DNA from: a bacterium | GTDB taxonomy: Bacteria > UBA8248 | Reading direction: 5' to 3' | Length of the DNA stretch: 64,000 nt | NCBI GenBank assembly: GCA_965219955.1 | Contig: OZ244799.1 | Coordinates: 1,920,001 to 1,984,000 of the forward strand | Shown: piece by piece, positions 59,388-64,000 of the stretch | Layout: every line of letters begins with the position of its first letter | Position numbering within the stretch: position 1 is the first letter of the stretch | Notes under the pieces: model-generated | The model's input: the letters and a program-made list of their open reading frames with translations, nothing else | Databases searched by the model: none | Told to the model about the DNA's origin: nothing | Position numbers and translations under genes: made by a program

Positions 59388-60335
59388 ATGAGAGAAGACC
59401 AGAGGCTGCTGCACGGCGCAATCGACACCCACATCCACGCATCGCCCAGCCTGTTCCCGCGCGTATGCGACCACATCGAGTGCGCGCGCGGGGCGGCTTC
59501 GGTCGGGATGCGCGGCGTGGTGTTCAAGGTTCACCACGGCGACACGTCGGGCCGCATCCCCATCGTGCGCGAGGTGATGGGCGACGCCATCGAGATATAC
59601 GGGGGGGTCACGCTGAACAGCCCGGTGGGCGGGTTCAACCCCTTCGCCGTGGACACCGCCATCAAGATGGGGGCGAAGATGGTGTGGATGCCCACCATCA
59701 GTTCGCTGAACCACCTGGAAAAGCTGGGCGCGCCCCATTTCCCGGGCATGAAGCAGACCAGCGGCGTGAACCTGAAGGAAGAGGGCCTCACCATCTTCGC
59801 GGATGAGAAGCGCACCAAGATTCATCCGGAAGTGAGAACCATCTGCAAGCTCATCGCCGATGCGGGCATCTGCCTGAGCACGGGGCACCTGGACGTGGAC
59901 GAGGTGCGCGTGCTCATCCCCCTCGCGAAGGAAGAGGGGGTGAAGCACATCATCGTCCAGCACCCCGAATACATCGTGGACGCGTCCATCGAGGAGCAGG
60001 TGGAATTCGCAAAGATGGGGGCCTACATCGAGCATCTGGCGATCTTCTGCTTCACCCACTGGGGCGCGTATCCGACCGATGAGAACGCGCCGCCCATATC
60101 CGTCAGGGAACAAGCCAAGATGGTGAAGGCCGTGGGCGCGGCGAAGACGATCCTCTCCACCGACCTCGGCCAGCTCCACAACGCGCCCCCCTGGGAGGGC
60201 CTGCGCGTGTTCGTTCAGCTCTTGCTCGAAAACGGAATCAAACCCCGCGAGATCGAGACGATGCTCCACAAAAACCCCGCCCGCGTCCTGGGTCTGCCCT
60301 TGAAGGCGCCGAAGAGAGAGGTGGAATCAACCTAA
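59388..60335 (+). CDS. Amidohydrolase-fold protein (DUF6282-like)
   Basis: GAIDTHIHASP, GMRGVVFK.H, GGVTLNSPVGGFNP, VWMPT, STGHL, STDLGQ, NPARVLG. Confidence 0.8.
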   Translation: MREDQRLLHGAIDTHIHASPSLFPRVCDHIECARGAASVGMRGVVFKVHHGDTSGRIPIVREVMGDAIEIYGGVTLNSPVGGFNPFAVDTAIKMGAKMVWMPTISSLNHLEKLGAPHFPGMKQTSGVNLKEEGLTIFADEKRTKIHPEVRTICKLIADAGICLSTGHLDVDEVRVLIPLAKEEGVKHIIVQHPEYIVDASIEEQVEFAKMGAYIEHLAIFCFTHWGAYPTDENAPPISVREQAKMVKAVGAAKTILSTDLGQLHNAPPWEGLRVFVQLLLENGIKPREIETMLHKNPARVLGLPLKAPKREVEST

Positions 60336-60337
60336 AG

Positions 60338-60772
60338 CGCAGGGGCGGTTCGCGAACCGCCCCTACAGTCATAAAATCGAAGGTGTCGGACGGAGAAGAT
60401 GCCACCCAGGTTGTAGAGGTCGCATTCGGGGTTGTTGAAAAACCCCGCACAGGACCCTGCGAATAGAAGGCTTGTAGGGACAGGCCTCCGTGCCTGTCCC
60501 TGTGAAGCGTAGCCACGGGGATGAACATATACCGTCCACAGGGGGCCGCCCCTACGGGTGAATGTGTTTTTGATCGTTATTCCGGCGAAAGCCGGAATCC
60601 ATTTGTTTCGTCTTTGTTTTTTATTTCTTGATTGCATCCCCCAATGACGAGGAGATGAAAAGCCAGCGCATTGTCATTCTGCTGGAGAATGGATTCCGGC
60701 TTTCGCCGGAATGACGGCGATGGCGAATTCGGAGCGAGCGACCTCGGACAGGCACGGAGGCCTGTCCCTACT
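60338..60772. repeat. Composite REP/MITE cluster (same families as 57030-57590)
   Basis: aggggcggttcgcgaaccgcccctac; gtagggacaggcctccgtgcctgtcc; 142-bp element 60575-60716; ggacaggcacggaggcctgtccctac. Confidence 0.85.
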
Positions 60773-60792
60773 TCAGTTCTCGATTCCGCCTC

Positions 60793-62082
60793 TTACAACC
60801 TATACCCCGCATCCTGGACGAATCTCGCGAGACTCGCCTTCGTCTCATCGCCAAAACGCTCGAACATCTCGAGGGTGGCCTGCTTGCTGCCCTCGACGGC
60901 CGGCTGATCGAAAGGGTTCACCCCGCGCAGCAGGCCGCCGTACACCGCCGCCCACTGCCAGAGCGCGATGAGGCCGCACACGTCGGCTACGGCCAGGGAA
61001 TCGAGCGTGAGTACCATGTGGGGCGTCCCCCTGCTCTCGGCTTCGGCGACGACGCCCGCGTGCTCCAGGTGCAAAAACTCCGTGCAGGTGACTCCTCCCG
61101 CCAGATTCTCATCCTCCTGAAATCTGCCGGCGCACAGCGACAGCCCCGCGACGTTCTCCCGCCCCCCGAAATACCGCTGGTTCGTGTGGTGCTGGCTCTC
61201 GGGCGCGCCTGCTGCGAGGATCGTCTGCCCGCACCCGGCCTTGCAGTAGCTCTCATGCACCAGTTGCACGATGAGTTCGCCCGCGCCTGAGAGCGCATGG
61301 GCGTAAATCGGCATGAAGACCTCCGTGCAGCCGGCCCGCTCCGCCCGCCAGAGTTCGAGGGCGAGGGTCTTCGCCATGTTCTCGCTCAAGGGCGCGTCGG
61401 CTCCGAGCTTTTTATGGGCCTCAGCGAAGGCGGCGTCAATCTCCCCGGCCAGCTTCGTATCCCCCTCCAGCATCGCCAGGGGCAGGAGCGCGTTGTTCTG
61501 CGCGGCGGTGAAGCGCCCGCCCACATCGTCCGGATGCGGGAAAGTGTCGAGATTCGCCTCGGCGACCATCGCGGCCAGCTTGCTCGGGCCCGAGGAGGTG
61601 ATCGCCAGCGCCGGATAGCCGCGCTCCATCAGGAGGGCGGTCTCCTGAATCACGTTTTCGGTATTGCCCGACTTGCTCACCGGAACGATGAGCGTGTTCT
61701 CGGGGTTGAACGCGTCGCCTTCGCGCAGCAACTCTCCGAGCAGTCCGCTCATGTCCGTGCCGTCGAGCAGGTGCAGCTTCCGGGCGAATCCACGACCTGA
61801 GAGCGCCAGATAGAGCGCCCACACGTTTCGTATCGAGCCCCCGTTCCCGATGACGACGACGTGCTCTTTTCCCTCCGCCGCCCCGAGTTTCGCCGCCATG
61901 CCGGAGACGTCGGCGCGCTCGGTGGCAAAATACGGCTCTCCCGGCCCGTCCTGATACCCTGCAATCAACTCTGCGCACTTTGCTGCGTCGTCGAGAAGAG
62001 CGCTCTTCTCGCGCCAGAGGTCGTCTTTACCCCTCTCGCCGAGCGGCGTCTCGAAACTCCTCACATACAGGTGCAGGCTCAA
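60793..62082 (-). CDS. pgi: Glucose-6-phosphate isomerase (short, divergent type)
   Basis: IGNGGS, SKSGNTE, VGGRFT, QLVHES.CK, QHHTNQ, VNPFDQPAVEGSK. Confidence 0.8.
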   Translation of the reverse strand: MSLHLYVRSFETPLGERGKDDLWREKSALLDDAAKCAELIAGYQDGPGEPYFATERADVSGMAAKLGAAEGKEHVVVIGNGGSIRNVWALYLALSGRGFARKLHLLDGTDMSGLLGELLREGDAFNPENTLIVPVSKSGNTENVIQETALLMERGYPALAITSSGPSKLAAMVAEANLDTFPHPDDVGGRFTAAQNNALLPLAMLEGDTKLAGEIDAAFAEAHKKLGADAPLSENMAKTLALELWRAERAGCTEVFMPIYAHALSGAGELIVQLVHESYCKAGCGQTILAAGAPESQHHTNQRYFGGRENVAGLSLCAGRFQEDENLAGGVTCTEFLHLEHAGVVAEAESRGTPHMVLTLDSLAVADVCGLIALWQWAAVYGGLLRGVNPFDQPAVEGSKQATLEMFERFGDETKASLARFVQDAGYRL

Positions 62083-62126
62083 AGCCGGACTCCTCGTATC
62101 TCAAGTGGTGGACAATTCTTCGCCAA

Positions 62127-63032
62127 TTATATCGGCCCCTCGTCCAGATGGGCCTTCATGCTGCGCAGGACGATGGGGATGAGACCCGCGCGCGGGAGAT
62201 CAAGGCGCTCGAAAACGAACGCAGCCGCCTCCTGGGGCGAAACGTCACCTCCCTTTTGAGACAAAACCTCCTGAATCAGCCCGTCGATTTCTCTCAAATA
62301 ACCCACCCCGCTCTTGATATGGCTTGCGACTGCCTCATCGCGTGAGACGGCCCGGCTCATGGCGGAGAGCAGGACGTTCACTCCATCGAGGGCCTTCAAC
62401 CTCTCCAGGCTCGCCAGCGTGTCCCCCACGCTCTCATAAATCGGCAGCGTGCCCGGTTCGGGCAGCACGTCGCCTGAGATGAGCGCGCCGTCTTCCGGCA
62501 CAAAGAAAGAAAGGCTCCCCGCCGAATGGCCCGGCGTGTGGATCACTCGGACTTTGACGCCTCCAGGGGATATCTCATCGCCTTCCGCGAGAAAACCGGC
62601 GAGCTTAACGGGGCCGGACACCGCATCGCGCATCCTCCCCACCGGGCGGACGCTGTGCTGATAGTCCAGATCCTCTATCATCCGCCTCTCGGCTTCGGGG
62701 CCCAGAAACTCAGGGTTTGCCCGCCCGGCGATCAGGCCGTTTCCGCCGATGTGATCGAAATGGGAGTGCGTGAGCAGGACGTGCGCTATCTCTTCGGGCT
62801 TCCTGCCGATGGATTCGATGTAGGCGAAAATGTCCGGCGCTGTTGAGGCGACGCCCGTATCGATCAGGGTGAGCGTATCGCCCGCGAGGATATAGGACGT
62901 GACGAACCGGGGAATCCGTTCGCCCTGCGGCGTCTTGATCTCGAATTCCAGCCAGAGGCAATGCACGCGCGGCGTGATCTGCATGGAATCATCCTTGACG
63001 ATGGGGGAAAGGCGTATCGGTTCACCCGACAC
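62127..63032 (-). CDS. MBL-fold metallo-hydrolase
   Basis: LIDTG, THSHFDHIGG, HTPGHSAGS, SGD; start may be at MQITPR (62984). Confidence 0.88.
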   Translation of the reverse strand: MSGEPIRLSPIVKDDSMQITPRVHCLWLEFEIKTPQGERIPRFVTSYILAGDTLTLIDTGVASTAPDIFAYIESIGRKPEEIAHVLLTHSHFDHIGGNGLIAGRANPEFLGPEAERRMIEDLDYQHSVRPVGRMRDAVSGPVKLAGFLAEGDEISPGGVKVRVIHTPGHSAGSLSFFVPEDGALISGDVLPEPGTLPIYESVGDTLASLERLKALDGVNVLLSAMSRAVSRDEAVASHIKSGVGYLREIDGLIQEVLSQKGGDVSPQEAAAFVFERLDLPRAGLIPIVLRSMKAHLDEGPI

Positions 63033-63066
63033 CGGGAATCTACCAAAAGCGCAAGCCGCGCGAAAC

Positions 63067-63490
63067 GGGGTTGTTGAAAAAGTCTGGAAGGAAATAAATC
63101 ACTCCCCCCTTGAGGGGCTTGTTGATAAACCCCGAGAAGAAAATTTGTTTGTGTGTAGGGGTCGCATATATGCGACCCTGATTTTTTTGCCCACTACAAG
63201 GGCCGCATATATGCGGCCCCTACAATCCCTTCGGCAAGGCGGTATCCCATTGCCGACATTGCAGGGTTTTTCAACAGCCCCTTGAGAGGGTCGTTGAAAA
63301 AGCCTGGTCTGCTCCTCCGCTAACCGCCAACGCCTCTTTCCTCACCCTGAGTAGCCGCCGAAGGCGGCGTATCGAAGGGCGCAGGGAGTCGAACGCCTCG
63401 CGCCGGGCGAGAGGGCATCCTTCGATACGCGGCTCCGCCGCTACTCAGGATGAGGCGGAGAGGGGGGTTTTTAAACAGCCCCTTGAGGGA
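63067..63490. mobile_element. Two tandem TIR-bounded MITEs carrying REP doublets, separated by CTTGAG direct repeats
   Basis: cttgag at 63109, 63281, 63482; ends ggg(c/t)..ttga(a/t)aaa and tttt.aacagccc. Confidence 0.75.
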
Positions 63491-63699
63491 GTGGTTGGTT
63501 CACGCTCTGCAAGCGAGGAGTAAAGTTTCATCCCTCCATGACCGGCTCCATAAGTGGAATCACAAAATCACGAAATCCTCATCTTTTCCTCGTCCCTATC
63601 TTGCTGTATAAAGCCGCTTTGCGGCGCGTCGGCCAAAAAACTCGGCCTTCGAGCGAACAGCCCGCCGCGTGCGGAGAACATTTTCTCAGGGAGTTCATC

Positions 63700-64000
63700 A
63701 TGAACACGACCGCCTTGGGGCTGACCCTGCTCGCCGTCCTGTGCTTCGGCGTCTGGGGGTTCTTCATGAAGCTGGGCCAGGAGCGCCTGGGCGCCATGCC
63801 CCACCTGATGGGCATGGGCGTCACGACCGCGGTCGTCGTGGTCATCGCCGTCTTGAGCAGGCAGTTCCCGCTCCCGCCGATGCGCGCGGAGGTCATGTGG
63901 CTGCCCGTGGTCGCCACGGTGGCCACCCTGCTCGCCATGCTCTTTCTCGTGCTGGCGCTGTCGAAGGCGCAGGGCCAGACGGCGGGCGTGGTCGCGCTCT
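63700..64000 (+). CDS. EamA-family small membrane transporter (runs off window)
   Basis: MNTTALGLTLLAVLCFGVWGFFMKLG...LALSKAQGQTAGVVAL; AGGGAG SD. Confidence 0.7.
   Translation, partial: MNTTALGLTLLAVLCFGVWGFFMKLGQERLGAMPHLMGMGVTTAVVVVIAVLSRQFPLPPMRAEVMWLPVVATVATLLAMLFLVLALSKAQGQTAGVVAL

Overview
GC-rich bacterial chromosomal window with three zones. (1) ~1-31 kb is a decaying accessory region. It has polyamine and betaine-type ABC uptake genes, a GPP34(GOLPH3)-membrane fusion/multiheme cytochrome/DUF3365 operon, a DcaP porin, a DddK/DddW-like cupin, an RND efflux pump, three tyrosine-integrase relics, IS256/cysC/hicB relics, an acidic repeat protein ending in an archaeal/eukaryotic-type ribosomal eL13 domain, a TbpB-like lipoprotein, a large autotransporter preceded by a (CTTGAGG)8 repeat, and an ORF-less group II intron. 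(2) 31-36 kb and 52.6-64 kb hold housekeeping/metabolic genes (tag, tenA, aroA, cvpA, rimI, pgi, hydrolases), with REP/MITE-rich intergenic regions in the latter. (3) 36.5-52.5 kb holds a Zur-box-centred zinc-starvation locus (znuABC, zur, two COG0523 GTPases, one split by an IS1111-type IS110 element, a SaoD-like DsrE protein, an LbtU-like porin), followed by toxin-antitoxin relics and a tandem HNH nuclease pair. All family calls come from motif recognition by eye; no database search was run. The gene content suggests a marine, possibly host-associated bacterium, but that is inference.
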